Shown: piece by piece, positions 28,615-39,900 of the stretch
Position numbering within the stretch: position 1 is the first letter of the stretch
Layout: each line of letters opens with the position of its first letter
NCBI GenBank assembly: GCA_965248435.1
Contig: OZ252100.1
Span: forward strand, 3,296,001-3,360,000
Length of the DNA stretch: 64,000 bases
Origin: Candidatus Latescibacterota bacterium
GTDB taxonomy: Bacteria; Latescibacterota; UBA2968; GCA-2709665
Reading direction: 5' to 3'
Notes under the pieces: generated by a model
Database searches by the model: none
Seen by the model: the letters and a program-made list of their open reading frames with translations, nothing else
What the model was told of the DNA's origin: nothing
Made by a program: the position numbers and the translations under genes

Positions 28615-28748
28615 TGGAGCAATGGTGGAATGAGGAACAAAAGCTGCCAGTGTTGGGGAAATGGAGTATTGGAGTATTGGTAGATCAAGGCCAAGACGCT
28701 GCCGGGTTCTCCCCAATACTCCCTCACTCCAGTACTGCAATACTCCAG
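28615..28748. repeat. GGAGTA(A/T)T / AATACTCC inverted octamer repeat, second copy
   Basis: atggagtattggagtattgg ... ccaatactccctcactccagtactgcaatactcca; same family as 6406-6489. Confidence 0.7.
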
Positions 28749-28814
28749 AATTACGGAGCTGGCGGCGTGGTAAATACGATAGGTTTGACCACATTCTGAT
28801 TTCGGAGCGTCACT

Positions 28815-30833
28815 GTGAATAGCAAGCCAGTCCACTCTATGCCGTTCGCCGACATCGTCCAATCCAAGGACGACGCAGTCTACAACATCCGAACTCGCGC
28901 ACCGGGACCCGAAGGTCGGCTGCCGCTCACGGAGGATCTCGTGATCGACTCCCCGAGCGGAGACATCTTCGGATACAGCCAGAATACCGGCATGGGCTGG
29001 AATCCGACCAAACTCGGACGGCCCGAGTTTCTCATCCTGAGCACGATGGGCGGCATCCGCGCTCAGGATGGGAGTCCGATTGCCCTGGGATATCACACCG
29101 GACACTGGGAGGTAGGCCTGCTGATGCAGGAGGCCGCCCGTGAGATCACCCGCTCTGGGGGAATCCCGTTCGCGGGTTATTGTTCCGACCCGTGCGACGG
29201 CCGGACGCAGGGCACCTCGGGTATGATGGACAGCCTGCCGTATCGGAATGATGCTGCGATGGTTTTGCGTCGCCTGGTCCGTTCCCTCCCCACACGGAAG
29301 GGTGTGGTGGGGGTCGCGACGTGCGACAAGGGCCTGCCTGCGATGATGATCGCACTGGTTGCGGCGCACGAGTTACCCACGATCATTGTCCCCGGGGGTG
29401 TGACTCTGCCTCCTGAGGATGGAGAAGACGCTGCCAAGATCCAGTCTGTAGGCGCCAGGCTGGCTCACGGTGAGATGACGATCGAAGAGGTGCAGGATCT
29501 GGGATGCCGGGCCTGCGCCAGTCCCGGGGGAGGGTGCCAATTTCTGGGCACCGCAGCCACGTCTCAGGTCGTGGCGGAGGCCCTGGGACTTTCGCTGCCT
29601 CACTCCGCTCTTGCACCTTCTGGAGAAGCGGTCTGGTTCGACATGGCAAAGCGCTCAGGAAGGGCCATTGTATCGCTTCAGGCGGCCGGTCTTACGACAC
29701 GGGAGATCGTGACCGAGGATTCGATACACAACGCCATGGTTACTCACGCTGCGTTTGGTGGCTCTACGAACCTGCTGCTTCACATCCCTGCCATCGCATT
29801 CAGTGCGGGTCTTAGAAGACCCACCGTAGAAGACTGGATCCGGGTCAACCGACAGGTGCCTCGGCTCGTGGATGTCCTCCCCAATGGTCCGGCCTATCAC
29901 CCGACGGTAAGGGCCTTTCTGGCGGGGGGTGTGCCCGAAGTGATGCTTCACCTTCGCCGAATGGACCTGCTCAAAGCTGATGCCATGACCGTTTCGGGCC
30001 GCTCACTCGCCGAAAATCTGGACTGGTGGGCCGGATCTGAAAGTCGAAGCCGTTTTCGGGAGCTTCTTGAAGCGCTTGACGGGGTGGATCCCGGGGACGT
30101 GATCATGGACCCCGACACCGCACGGTCCAGAGGGCTCACGAGCACAGTCTGCTTCCCGACGGGCAACATCGCCCCGGAAGGATCCGTTGTCAAAAGTACC
30201 TCCATCGACCCATCCGTGGTCGACGATGACAGAGTCTATCGGAAGCAGGGTCCTGTTCGTATTTTCACGAGTGAGAAGGCCGCTGTGAATGCGGTGCGGG
30301 ATCCGGGAGCTGGAGGCATCAAACCCGGAGACATCCTGGTCCTCATGGGTCGAGGTCCTATGGGCGCAGGGATGGAAGAGATCGCTCAAATAACTACGGC
30401 CCTTAAGTACCTGGACTTTGGGAAGCACGTTGCCGTGCTGACCGATGCGCGTTTTTCCGGAATCTCGACGGGCGCCTGCATCGGCCATATAGGGCCCGAG
30501 GCTCTGGCTGGCGGACCGATCGGTAAGCTGGATGAAAAAGACATCGTCGAGATCGTCATCGACCAGATGAACCTGATCGGAAGCATCAACCTCATCGGCC
30601 ACGATGGGGAGATGTTCGGAGCGGAGGAAGGTACTCGCGTGCTGAGAGAGAGGCCTTTCCGGAAAGATTTGGGTGCCGATCCGAACTTGCCTGAAGATAC
30701 ACGTCTTTGGGCTGCCCTACAGAATGTGAGTGGGGGGACCTGGGGAGGTTGTGTCTACGATGCTGAACGAATCGTCGAAGCCCTTGCCGCCGGGTCGGGA
30801 CTCGGGAATCATGGGTCGCACGCCGCTGGGTGA
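28815..30833 (+). CDS. YjhG/YagF-family D-xylonate dehydratase (IlvD/Edd superfamily)
   Basis: [61 protein letters not shown]. Confidence 0.9.
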   Translation: MNSKPVHSMPFADIVQSKDDAVYNIRTRAPGPEGRLPLTEDLVIDSPSGDIFGYSQNTGMGWNPTKLGRPEFLILSTMGGIRAQDGSPIALGYHTGHWEVGLLMQEAAREITRSGGIPFAGYCSDPCDGRTQGTSGMMDSLPYRNDAAMVLRRLVRSLPTRKGVVGVATCDKGLPAMMIALVAAHELPTIIVPGGVTLPPEDGEDAAKIQSVGARLAHGEMTIEEVQDLGCRACASPGGGCQFLGTAATSQVVAEALGLSLPHSALAPSGEAVWFDMAKRSGRAIVSLQAAGLTTREIVTEDSIHNAMVTHAAFGGSTNLLLHIPAIAFSAGLRRPTVEDWIRVNRQVPRLVDVLPNGPAYHPTVRAFLAGGVPEVMLHLRRMDLLKADAMTVSGRSLAENLDWWAGSESRSRFRELLEALDGVDPGDVIMDPDTARSRGLTSTVCFPTGNIAPEGSVVKSTSIDPSVVDDDRVYRKQGPVRIFTSEKAAVNAVRDPGAGGIKPGDILVLMGRGPMGAGMEEIAQITTALKYLDFGKHVAVLTDARFSGISTGACIGHIGPEALAGGPIGKLDEKDIVEIVIDQMNLIGSINLIGHDGEMFGAEEGTRVLRERPFRKDLGADPNLPEDTRLWAALQNVSGGTWGGCVYDAERIVEALAAGSGLGNHGSHAAG

Positions 30834-30851
30834 GGAAGGGTGCCTTTTTTA

Positions 30852-30880
30852 TTGACAAGATTGGGATACGGTCCTACTTT
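30852..30880 (+). promoter_or_regulatory. sigma70 promoter
   Basis: TTGACA-17 nt-TACTTT. Confidence 0.6.
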
Positions 30881-31027
30881 TGTTGAAGATATAGTCATTT
30901 CGGCCTCCGAGGGGCCCCTTGGGAGGGAACCTTCGGAGGCCATTTTTACAACTGACAGCACCGGTCTGGATGATCCTGCGTTCGTAATGCCTGAACATTT
31001 CGGATTGTTGTGGGGGAGCGGAATCGG

Positions 31028-31606
31028 ATGGCGAACGAAGACCACCTCTCCGCAGTCAGAAAAGGGGCGGACGCCTGGAATAAATGGAGAGAATCGAACC
31101 CGAAGGTTCAGCCAGATCTCAGTGTGGCCGACTTGAGTGGAGCGAATCTATCGTGGGTCGACCTCAGTGCTGCGGACATGGCGTGGGCCAGCCTGAGTGA
31201 CGCCAATCTTTCAGATGCGCGTCTGGCCGAGGCTAACCTGAGTCGAGCAAATTTCAACCGAGCGAACCTCAGGAGGTCGAAGTTCATCAAAGCGAATTTG
31301 AACGGCGCCTTCTTCCACGAAGCGGACGTGGAGGGCGCGGACTTCGGGGAAGCAGACTTGAGCGAAGCGCAGCTCTGCGATGCCAGTTTTAGACTGGTCA
31401 ACCTCAGGCGGGCTACGATGAAAAATACCGATTTCGGGGGGGCGGATCTGCGTGGGGCGAATCTTACTGAGGCGAACCTGCTGGAGGCGCAGCACCTGAG
31501 CCTCCAGCAGATCCTGGCCGTGAAGACACTCTATGGGGCCATCCTGGATGAGGAGTTCAAGGTGCTCGTAATGAACAAGGATCCGGAGCTTTTCCACAGG
31601 CCATAG
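31028..31606 (+). CDS. Pentapeptide repeat protein
   Basis: MANEDHL..V.KGADAWNKWR N-cap followed by A(D/N)Lxx repeats. Confidence 0.88.
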   Translation: MANEDHLSAVRKGADAWNKWRESNPKVQPDLSVADLSGANLSWVDLSAADMAWASLSDANLSDARLAEANLSRANFNRANLRRSKFIKANLNGAFFHEADVEGADFGEADLSEAQLCDASFRLVNLRRATMKNTDFGGADLRGANLTEANLLEAQHLSLQQILAVKTLYGAILDEEFKVLVMNKDPELFHRP

Positions 31607-31620
31607 CGCGAGATTAAACT

Positions 31621-32025
31621 ATGTCTGACGAGACCTATGTAGAAGGATCTGAAGATTCGGTCGACGTTGTTGTCATCGATGATGACGCCAGCACCCTGAT
31701 GGCGGTGGATGCCATTCTACGCGGTTTCAACGTGATTACCTTCCAGGATCCCGGCATGGCTCTGCAGCATATTGGAAATACGCCTCCCGCGCTGACCATC
31801 GTGGACATCAACATCCCGAACGCCAGCGGTTTCGAAGTTTGCAAGAGACTCAGAGAAAACCCCAAAACAGAGAAAATCCCGATTCTTATGTTCACTTCGG
31901 ATCCCTCCCAGGAAAACGTAAAGAAGGCGGTTGAAATCGGGGTCGACGGGTTTCTGGCAAAGCCGTTCATCCCGCAGGACATGAGACAGAAAGTGCGTCA
32001 GATGATTCAGAAGGGCGGGGGATGA
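31621..32025 (+). CDS. Single-domain response regulator (REC)
   Basis: VIDDD, VDINIP, FT, FLAKPF. Confidence 0.9.
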   Translation: MSDETYVEGSEDSVDVVVIDDDASTLMAVDAILRGFNVITFQDPGMALQHIGNTPPALTIVDINIPNASGFEVCKRLRENPKTEKIPILMFTSDPSQENVKKAVEIGVDGFLAKPFIPQDMRQKVRQMIQKGGG

Positions 32026-32097
32026 AAAGCACGGGTACCGGGAAATCAAGGAACGGGTACCTGGGATGCAAAATTGCGGATTTCAGATTGCGGAATA
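32025..32097 (+). repeat. Dispersed GGGTACCG-core intergenic repeat, copy B
   Basis: acgggtaccgggaaatcaaggaacgggtacc...aattgcggatttcagattgcgga. Confidence 0.65.
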
Positions 32098-32102
32098 GAT
32101 TC

Positions 32103-32133
32103 AATCCCTCTTCGAAAGGAGAGGGATTTTTTT
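32103..32133. terminator. Terminator between convergent genes
   Basis: aatccctct/agagggatt stem plus T run. Confidence 0.7.
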
Positions 32134-32491
32134 ATTCTAGAACTAAGGCCCGGGTCGGGGTGCCGGAGCAAGGCGAATCGACCGAATCCATCTCCTTGAA
32201 GAGGGTATCCAGGTGGGTCGTCCGGAAGATTTTGCGGATCTTTTCGTTTACGCCGACCACGCTCAAGTTGCCCCCACCTTCCCGAACTGCGCAGAGGGCC
32301 TTTGTCAGGGCATTCAGGAATGCGCTGTCGAACCACTTTACGTTGGAAAGATCGATCACGACTCTTTTCGCCCTATCATCGATGAGTCGTCGGATCCGAT
32401 CTTCGTACTGATTCACCACAGTTCCGTAAACGGTCGGTCCCTCGACCATCAGGACAGCCTCTTCGCCAACTCCCTGAACTTCGATCTTCAT
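32132..32491 (-). CDS. STAS-domain protein (anti-sigma factor antagonist)
   Basis: VVIDLSNVKWFDSAFL STAS motif; start at MKIEV with GAGG upstream. Confidence 0.85.
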   Translation of the reverse strand: MKIEVQGVGEEAVLMVEGPTVYGTVVNQYEDRIRRLIDDRAKRVVIDLSNVKWFDSAFLNALTKALCAVREGGGNLSVVGVNEKIRKIFRTTHLDTLFKEMDSVDSPCSGTPTRALVLE

Positions 32492-32504
32492 CTTGGCCTC
32501 CTCG

Positions 32505-34871
32505 CTACATTGCCTCGGCCTCATGGGCTTGACTCAAAGCCTTGCCAAACACCCTGCTCAGCTGCTCCATATTCAGCGGCTTTTTCAATGTCCCTGAGAG
32601 TTTCAGGGGAAGTTCGTCCATGCCCTTCTCGCCCAACGGGTAGCCGGTCATGACCACTGTCTTAATCTCAGGGTTAATCTTTTTCAATGCCTGTATCAAT
32701 TCCAGACCTCCCATCTCCGGCATGACCATGTCGGTCAACACCGCCGAGATTTTGTCAAGGTCAGATTTGTAGATTGCCAGGGCGTCCTTGCCGTTTTCCG
32801 CTGTGACGACGCCGTAATTCAGCTGTTCGAGCATCTCTTTGGCCACCTCCAACACCTCCGGCCTGTCCTCCACAACCAGAATGGTTTCGCCTGCACCTCT
32901 TGGGATGTCCACCTCCTGTGCGAGTGTGAGATCCTTTCCCTCAGCTGATTTGGGAAAGTAGAGCGTGAAAGTCGTGCCCTCTCCCAGATCGCTGTTGACT
33001 TTGATCTCACCCCCGTGCTGCTTCACGATACCGTAGACCTGAGCCAGGCCGAGGCCCGTACCTTCTCCTGGCTTTTTCGTGGTGAAAAAGGGTTCGAAGA
33101 TGTGTTCGACTACCTCATCGGGCATGCCGGTCCCGGTGTCGGCCACACCTAGTGCGATCCAGACACCGTGTTCCATTCCCGGCACCGGAGGCCGCTCTGT
33201 AGGGCCGACCTGAATTTGGGAGAGCCCAAAGGTCAGCTCACCGCCATCACGCATCGCGTGGCTGGCGTTGACCGCAAGGTTTGTGATGACCTGCTGCATC
33301 TGGGTTAGATCCATTAGGACGGGGAAGCCGCCTGAATCGAAGTCGGAGACAATTCGTATACTCTCCGGCAGCGTGCGCTCCATCAGCTTCACCGATTCCT
33401 TCAAGAACGGAACCAGATCGATCGATTTCTTTTCCACGACAGACTTTCGGCTGAAGTCCAGGACCTGCTGAACCAGCTGCGCTGCGCGCTGTCCCTGCGA
33501 GGCAATGGTTTCCATCTGCTCCTTTGTATTTTCCGGCAGGTCCGGGTCCATCTGCTGCATCTGGGCCAAGCCGATGATTACGGTCAGGAGGTTGTTGAAA
33601 TCGTGGGCGATTCCTGCGGCGAGCTGTCCGACGGCGGCCAGTCTGTCCTGCTGCTGCGACCGTTCCTGTGTCTCACGGTCTTCGGTCACGTCCCGTGTCA
33701 CCAGAACCCAGCCCTCTTCCTCGTCTTTCCAGGGGATGGAACAGAGGCTGACTTCGAAAATCTTTTTGGGCTTCACATCCAGCGTTATCTCTTTGGCAAG
33801 AATTTTCTCCTGACCGTCGAGGAGTTCCTCGAGCGTGGTGTCTCCGATCTGCGTCACGACATCCCCAACTTGGATGTTGCCGAGAAGGGGTAGATATTCG
33901 TCTGCGAGGGGATTGTTCAGAATAAGCCGCTTCTCGTTATTCAGGAGACTGACTCCGTCAGGCAAGTGCTCCAGCATCCCTTTCAGCTGATTCTTGCTCT
34001 CCCGAAGTTCTTGTTCCGCCTGCCTTTTCTGAGTCACGTCGCGAGCGTAAAGATGTATGTTGCCGGTGGAGGGGACTTTGTGATAGGACCATGCGTAGAC
34101 GCGATCCTCCACATAGGCCTCGGCTTCAGACACAGATCTGCCGTTTCCACTCGCCTTCGTTAAGATGCTTATATGGTCTGCCGGAAGGATTCCAGATACA
34201 TCTGATATGTCGAGTTCGCTTAATATCCTTTGTGCCGCAGGATTGGAATAGGTAATCTCTCCCTCAGGGTTTGATTCCAGCACCGGATTCGGGTTCTCCC
34301 TAGGGATGGACGCGAGCCGGTCATTTTCCAACTCCGCCTGTTTCACTCCCTTTGCGAGGTTCAACTCGCTTTCCGCCACCGCAGCCAGGTCTCTCAGCAG
34401 ATTCAAGTCTTCTTCGTTCATCTGGCGCGGGCATCGGTCTTTGATGCACAGGGTGCCGACCCGGCTTCCGTCTGCGGTCTTCAGTGGATATCCGGCATAG
34501 AAACGAATCCCCTCATTCCCTTTTACCAAAGGACTATCTTTGAAGCGCTCATCGAGCATGGCATCCGGAATGACAAGGGGTTGATGTCCCAGAACGGCAT
34601 AGGCACAGAAGGAAATGGCCCTGGGCGTTTCAGAAGAGGATAGACCCACACAGGATTTGAACCACTGTCGATTTTCGTCGACGAGCGAGACGAGAGCGAT
34701 GGGCACGTTGAACAAACGGGCCGCGATTCTCGTAATCCGGTCGAAGCGCTCTTCGGGCGCCGTATCCAGAATGTTCAGGGCTTTTAGCGCCGAGAGCCGC
34801 TCTGGTTCGTCAGGTGGGATCGGGGCCTCCATTGTCTGCGGTTCCTGAAGCATTGTCGTTTGATCACTCAT
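32505..34871 (-). CDS. Hybrid sensor histidine kinase GAF-PAS-PAS-HisKA-HATPase-REC
   Basis: GAF ([20 protein letters not shown]), [11 protein letters not shown]-box, EPFFTTK, GTGLGL, C-terminal REC (LTDMVMP). Confidence 0.93.
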   Translation of the reverse strand: MSDQTTMLQEPQTMEAPIPPDEPERLSALKALNILDTAPEERFDRITRIAARLFNVPIALVSLVDENRQWFKSCVGLSSSETPRAISFCAYAVLGHQPLVIPDAMLDERFKDSPLVKGNEGIRFYAGYPLKTADGSRVGTLCIKDRCPRQMNEEDLNLLRDLAAVAESELNLAKGVKQAELENDRLASIPRENPNPVLESNPEGEITYSNPAAQRILSELDISDVSGILPADHISILTKASGNGRSVSEAEAYVEDRVYAWSYHKVPSTGNIHLYARDVTQKRQAEQELRESKNQLKGMLEHLPDGVSLLNNEKRLILNNPLADEYLPLLGNIQVGDVVTQIGDTTLEELLDGQEKILAKEITLDVKPKKIFEVSLCSIPWKDEEEGWVLVTRDVTEDRETQERSQQQDRLAAVGQLAAGIAHDFNNLLTVIIGLAQMQQMDPDLPENTKEQMETIASQGQRAAQLVQQVLDFSRKSVVEKKSIDLVPFLKESVKLMERTLPESIRIVSDFDSGGFPVLMDLTQMQQVITNLAVNASHAMRDGGELTFGLSQIQVGPTERPPVPGMEHGVWIALGVADTGTGMPDEVVEHIFEPFFTTKKPGEGTGLGLAQVYGIVKQHGGEIKVNSDLGEGTTFTLYFPKSAEGKDLTLAQEVDIPRGAGETILVVEDRPEVLEVAKEMLEQLNYGVVTAENGKDALAIYKSDLDKISAVLTDMVMPEMGGLELIQALKKINPEIKTVVMTGYPLGEKGMDELPLKLSGTLKKPLNMEQLSRVFGKALSQAHEAEAM

Positions 34872-35011
34872 CCCAGCCTCCGTATTCTCCCGACGAAATG
34901 TGAACGCTCTTTCATCCATTTGTATCGGGTTAGAAAACAACAATCGTGCCACAGCAAGAACTTCACTCAGGAATTTATAAGTATGAAGAAAACAAGGGGG
35001 TTATTGCCCCA

Positions 35012-35686
35012 TTACTCCGATCCCAGATCGGAATCGGTAACGTTATATCGTGAGACTTTCGATATTTCGTGAGTTCTACCGCCCTCGCACGTCCCTCCCA
35101 GACGCTGGATTTCCGCTTCTTCCACTTTCCTGAAGTGGGAACACTCCCTGACCGACACGAAAATGGCATTCTCTCCGGGAAAGGCTCGAAATCTGAACTC
35201 GAAACAGAGTCCATTCATGAGCTTCTCAGCACTCACGACGCGGTCCGTCTCGATAATGTCTGCGACCACTGTCTCGACGTCATCCGGAAGGAAACCATTT
35301 ACCTCACTTTTTCGGAGACCCAACCGCCCCAGCGTGCGTTCGGCAGCGGCGTTCATGTAGAGGACTTCCGCTGACGAATCCAGTTTCATGACCATGTCGG
35401 GGTTCGCCTCCGGGAATTTGAAAGACCAAACGGCCTCGGCCTCCATCTTGACCCGTCGGCCGACCTGGGTTACGATGTAGGGGACGATGAAGGGGATCAA
35501 CAGATAGAGACTTCCATAGACAGGCGCTTCTGAGATCATTTCGAGGAGGTGAGATGTGTGGCAGACACCCATAAACAAATGCCCATTTACTTCAAACAGG
35601 GCGTGGATGCTTGCTCCTATTAAGGCTGAGGCCATTACGGGCCTGGAATAGACATACTTTACGAATCGCCAAGTCAGGGATTTCAT
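35012..35686 (-). CDS. Membrane protein with two TM segments (NrtS-like) and a PAS domain
   Basis: Two hydrophobic helices ending LIPFIVPYIVTQVG, then FPEANPDMVMKLD...YMN.AA PAS start. Confidence 0.6.
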   Translation of the reverse strand: MKSLTWRFVKYVYSRPVMASALIGASIHALFEVNGHLFMGVCHTSHLLEMISEAPVYGSLYLLIPFIVPYIVTQVGRRVKMEAEAVWSFKFPEANPDMVMKLDSSAEVLYMNAAAERTLGRLGLRKSEVNGFLPDDVETVVADIIETDRVVSAEKLMNGLCFEFRFRAFPGENAIFVSVRECSHFRKVEEAEIQRLGGTCEGGRTHEISKVSRYNVTDSDLGSE

Positions 35687-35735
35687 CGCCGATTCACTCA
35701 CTAAGAGTTGAAAGGAACTTGCAACCCGCACATCA

Positions 35736-35752
35736 TGCAAACGGGATGCCAG
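35736..35752 (-). promoter_or_regulatory. sigma54 (-24/-12) promoter
   Basis: Minus strand CTGGCATCCCGTTTGCA = GG-N10-GC, about 50 nt upstream of ATG 35686. Confidence 0.65.
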
Positions 35753-35887
35753 GACAGCCCCAATTGGATTACTGAAGCTAATTTGCATAAAAAACTGGCA
35801 CTTACAATGACGCAAGTGCCACCAGCGTAATCCACGATAAGGACAGATGGGCTCGGTTTTTACGAAATATCGTGATGGGATCTCGGA

Positions 35888-36015
35888 CCTAACCCCCCCG
35901 ACCCCGCTTCCCTAAAGGGAAGGGGGGAGCAGTGAGGTAAAAGGTTACTGCAATGCGAAAACAGTGATCACTAAGTCCCCTCCTTGGAGGGGTGCCCCGA
36001 AGGGGCGGGGTGGGT
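35888..36015. repeat. REP-like palindromic elements
   Basis: ccccccg accccg cttccc taaa gggaag ggggg and tcccctcc tt ggagggg tgcccc gaa ggggc hairpins. Confidence 0.6.
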
Positions 36016-36045
36016 CATAAAGGGCCGCTAGCAGGTTTCTTCATC

Positions 36046-36193
36046 ATTCGATATTCGGTGGAAGAATCAAAGAGAATGTCGAATGTCGAATACTGAACGC
36101 CGAATGTCGAAGTAGGAGCCTGTGCTGCAATCACATGATTCGGTTCTGCTTTTTCCTTCATTATTCAAAATTCTGCGGTTCGATATTCGACAT
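36046..36193. repeat. Heptamer repeat tract (GAATGTC / TTCGATA) with inverted arms
   Basis: gaatgtcgaatgtcgaatactgaacgccgaatgtcgaagt ... ttcgatattcgacat. Confidence 0.6.
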
Positions 36194-36964
36194 GCTGGAT
36201 TCAATGACTAAGTGCAACACTTGGACTTGAAGACTTCAGCTGGTGTTTTGAAGTTAAGACATTTTCTTGGTCGGTTGTTGATCCGGTTCTGAATTTTCTT
36301 TAACTCGTGTTTGCTGACCTTTGAGAAGTCTGTCTTCTTGGGGAGGTATCTGCGGACCAGACCGATAGCGTTTTCCACAGCGCCTCGCTCCCAGCTGTGG
36401 AACGGTTTGCAGAAATAGGATTTGGTGCCAAGCACCTCGTTGACCCGTTGATGTTGGCCGTTTTCGGATCCGTTGTCATATGTGATGCTCTTCCTCATGT
36501 GGGGAGGATGTCGCCCAAGGCGTCGATTAATCGCTTCGGCGACCTCCGAGGGTCCGTTCTTTGCCAGCTTAGCCAGGTGTAGGTATCTCGACGATCGCTC
36601 AAGACAAGCGCCAACGGCCTGTTTGCTCTCACGAGAGATGATGGTGTCGGATTCCCAGTGGCCAGGTTGTTTCCGTTTTTCGATGTAACGGGGACGTCGA
36701 TCGATCGAAATACGGCCTGGAATGTGGCTTTCCCGGTGTTTTCGGGTATGCCACCGCGGCTTTCGTTTTTTGTGAGCTCGGGATAAGCAAGCAACCAGAT
36801 CCCGCTGCTTGTGCACCTTTGGATCGTAGATATACTGGTAGATGGCTTCGTGGCTGATACCCGCGCTCGGACGCTCCTCGGGAAGCCTCCCAGCGATCAA
36901 CTCGGGAGACCATCCTTGCTTGAGTTTGGTCTCGACATATCGCCGGATAACCGGATTCTTCAGC
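36194..36964 (-). mobile_element. Truncated IS30 copy (771 bp), lacks left end and HTH-coding part
   Basis: Reverse complement matches 26782-27552 (identical translated protein); identity ends abruptly at 36964. Confidence 0.9.
36208..36964 (-). pseudogene. 5'-truncated IS30 transposase
   Basis: ORF 36208-36900 is identical to the C-terminal 230 aa of the 26555-27538 transposase. Confidence 0.85.
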
Positions 36965-36971
36965 GACGGAG

Positions 36972-39900
36972 ATGGGGTCCCTGAACCTGGCCCAGACCTT
37001 CGTGGGGACCTTCAAGGCCGAAGCCGACGTGGACCTCCAGGCAACGCTGACCGTCCCCGCCATCACGATCGACGATTTCGTCTTCGACTTTCCGTCTGTG
37101 TCGGCGATCTTCCACTACGACCAGGTCTTCGCTAACGCCAGCACGACCGGCGCCGGCAACAGTTTCGGCGGCGTTCCCGTCATCTCCTTCGAAGATGTGG
37201 AGATAGACCTCGGGGGGTTCATCACCGGGTTCGTCGGCCCGATCGTCGGCCAGATCGGCGACGTGATCGATCCGCTGCTGCCCCTCGTCCACGTGCTGAC
37301 GGACGAGATCCCCCTGCTGAAGGAGCTGGGGGCGTCGCAGACGAGCCTGATCGACATAGCCGGGACGCTCCTGGGTCAGACGAAGTACGCCGGCGTGGTG
37401 AAGGCGGTCGATGCCATCCTGGACTTCGTCCTCTTGGTAGAGAAAGTCGACGACTTCATCGACGCGTCGGGCGGCGGCCCCCTCGTGATAAGCTACGGCA
37501 GCTTTACCGTGGGCGGCGACGCCCGCAGCGGTGGCCAGGGTTCCCTCAATGTTGCCCCCCCGGCCCCGGGCACCACCCACGACCCGTCCGGCCAGTTGGA
37601 CAGTGGACCGAGCTCGACAAAGAAGGACAAGGCCAAGAGCGTCGTCAGCAGCTTCGGCACCACGAAGGGCAGCCTCCAGTTCCCGATGCTGAGCGACCCG
37701 CTTTCCGCCTTCGGTTTGCTCCTGGGCAAGTCCGTCGATCTCTTCATCTACGACCTGCCTGTCCTGAGCCTCGACTTCCAGTACGTCAAGTCCTTCCCCA
37801 TCTTCCCCGGACTCAACGCCCGTTTGGGCGGCGGAGTGTCGGCATCGACGAACTTCAGCTTCGGATTCGACACCTCCGGCTTCAACGAGTGGAAGGCTGG
37901 ATGGTCCGGGCCGGGAGGCAGCTTCCAGGCCAGCGACCTCGGCCAGCTCGGAACCGTTTTCAACGGATTCTTTCTCGACGACCACGGTATCGAGAACACC
38001 TCCGGCGATCAGCCTGAGGCGACCATCACCGCCTCGATCGTGGCCGGCGCCTCCGTGGGCATCGGCGGACTGATCGAAGCGGGAGTCGAGGGAACCATCA
38101 AGGCCACTATCGACTTCGATCTCAACGATGTGAAGAATCCCAATGCCTTCCCGGGATCAGGCATCCCCGAGTTCGACGGCAAGATCCGAGCCGAGGAGCT
38201 GATCGCGCGGGCCAACCAGGGAATCGAGTGCATCTTCGACACCCACGGGGCGCTCACCTTCGCTCTGGACGCCTTCTTCTGGGTGGGGGCCGACCTGGGA
38301 TTCCTGGGCAAGATCACGATCTTCGAAGCCCGAAAGAACTTCTTCTCCGCCACTCTGGCGGAGTTCGACCACGCCTGTCCCGACCTGGACATTCCCAAAC
38401 TGGCTCACATGAACGGCAGCGACCTGGTGCTGGACATGGACGGAGTGGTCGGACAGTCCGGATTCAGCGCGCTCGAAGACGACGATGGCAATCGGATCGG
38501 CGAGAGCTACAAGGTGGGGGTGCTGCAGCTACCGACGGATGTTGTCGTCGATGCGGACGGGCAGATCACGGACGGCGGCACTCTGGACGGCCCGATGGAA
38601 GACTTCGTCACGGTAGGCGCCCGCGGGTTCCTGAATTTCTTCAGGGCCAGCGGTGTGGACAGCGTCAGCACCACGGCAACGGCCTACGCCGACGAGATCC
38701 AGGTCGCAAGCAACGTCCAGGCAAATTTGAACCTGCACGGCGGTTCCGGTGACGATCACATAATGATCGACTCGGACGGCACACACTCCGTGGCCATCTT
38801 CGGTGACGACGACGACGACATACTGATCGGTGGCGCGTTCGCCGACACGATCGAGGGGGGTGCCGGAAAGGACAAGATCTACGGCCTCGGCGGAAACGAT
38901 ATCCTGAGGGGCGACGCCGGTCTGGATATCATCGTGGGCGGTCAGGGCAACGACGAGCTGCACGGTGGCAGCGGCGACGACCGGCTGGCCGGAGAAGAGG
39001 GCGCAGACAAGCTGTTTGGAGACGCCGGCGCCGATACCCTCACGGGTGGAAAGGGTGTTGATGAGGGCCGGGGAGGCACGGGAGGCGATACCTTCGTCTG
39101 GACATTCGGTGACGGCGCCGACTCGGTCTGGATCGGCGGTAATAGCACGGCGACGAACCCAGATGACCAAATCGAGTCACAGGAGCCCGATACGGCCCGG
39201 CTGATCGGGATCGTGCTCGACGAGAACATGCAGACGGTTCCGGTAGACGACACCGTCGGCCTTTCAGCCAACAGCGTCGACGTAGATGTCAGTTGGGGAC
39301 GTCCCGGGACCTCGACGAACGTCTACACACTCCAGGGGTTCGAGCGGGTGACGCTGGATTTGGCCGACGGGGCTGATGCCGTGACGATCGGGAATCTGGA
39401 CGGGACGACGGTGGGGAACGTCGACGTCGACTTCGGCGAGACCCAGCGGGAAGAGACCGCCGTAGTCGATATGGTAATCCGCGACGCGAGCGGCAATTTC
39501 GTCGACTTCATCTACGATCCCCGCGATCTGGATGCGAATGGCGACCCCAAGACCGTCCATGAGGTACTCGATGCGAATGGCGACCCTGTTCTTGATGTGA
39601 ATGGTGATCCGACATTCGAAACGAGAGCTGCGCGGATCCTGACGGAAGTGATCAAGACAACGCTGAAGGGCACTGACGGCCAGGCAGATACGCTGCTGCT
39701 GCTGGGGTCTTCCGGAGTGGATACGTTCGAGCTGACGGCAGCGGACGCCAATGCATTGGGGATCGACCAGTTCGTCGACCGGCCCGGCGGCGCCACGGGT
39801 GATCGTGTGCTGAGCATCCAGCTGGAGAACAGCGAGAGCGGGTTCGACCGGCTCGATATCCAGACACTGGGGGACGGCGACCGTGTGGATGCATCCGATG

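Noticed and set aside
30895-30950. Hairpin as SRP RNA, 6S RNA or tRNA
   Set aside because: Lacks the conserved SRP loop motif and is too short for 6S; no cloverleaf.
26498-36964. Functional composite transposon bounded by the two IS30 copies
   Set aside because: The outer end of copy 2 is missing, and copy 1 has its own target duplication, indicating independent insertion.
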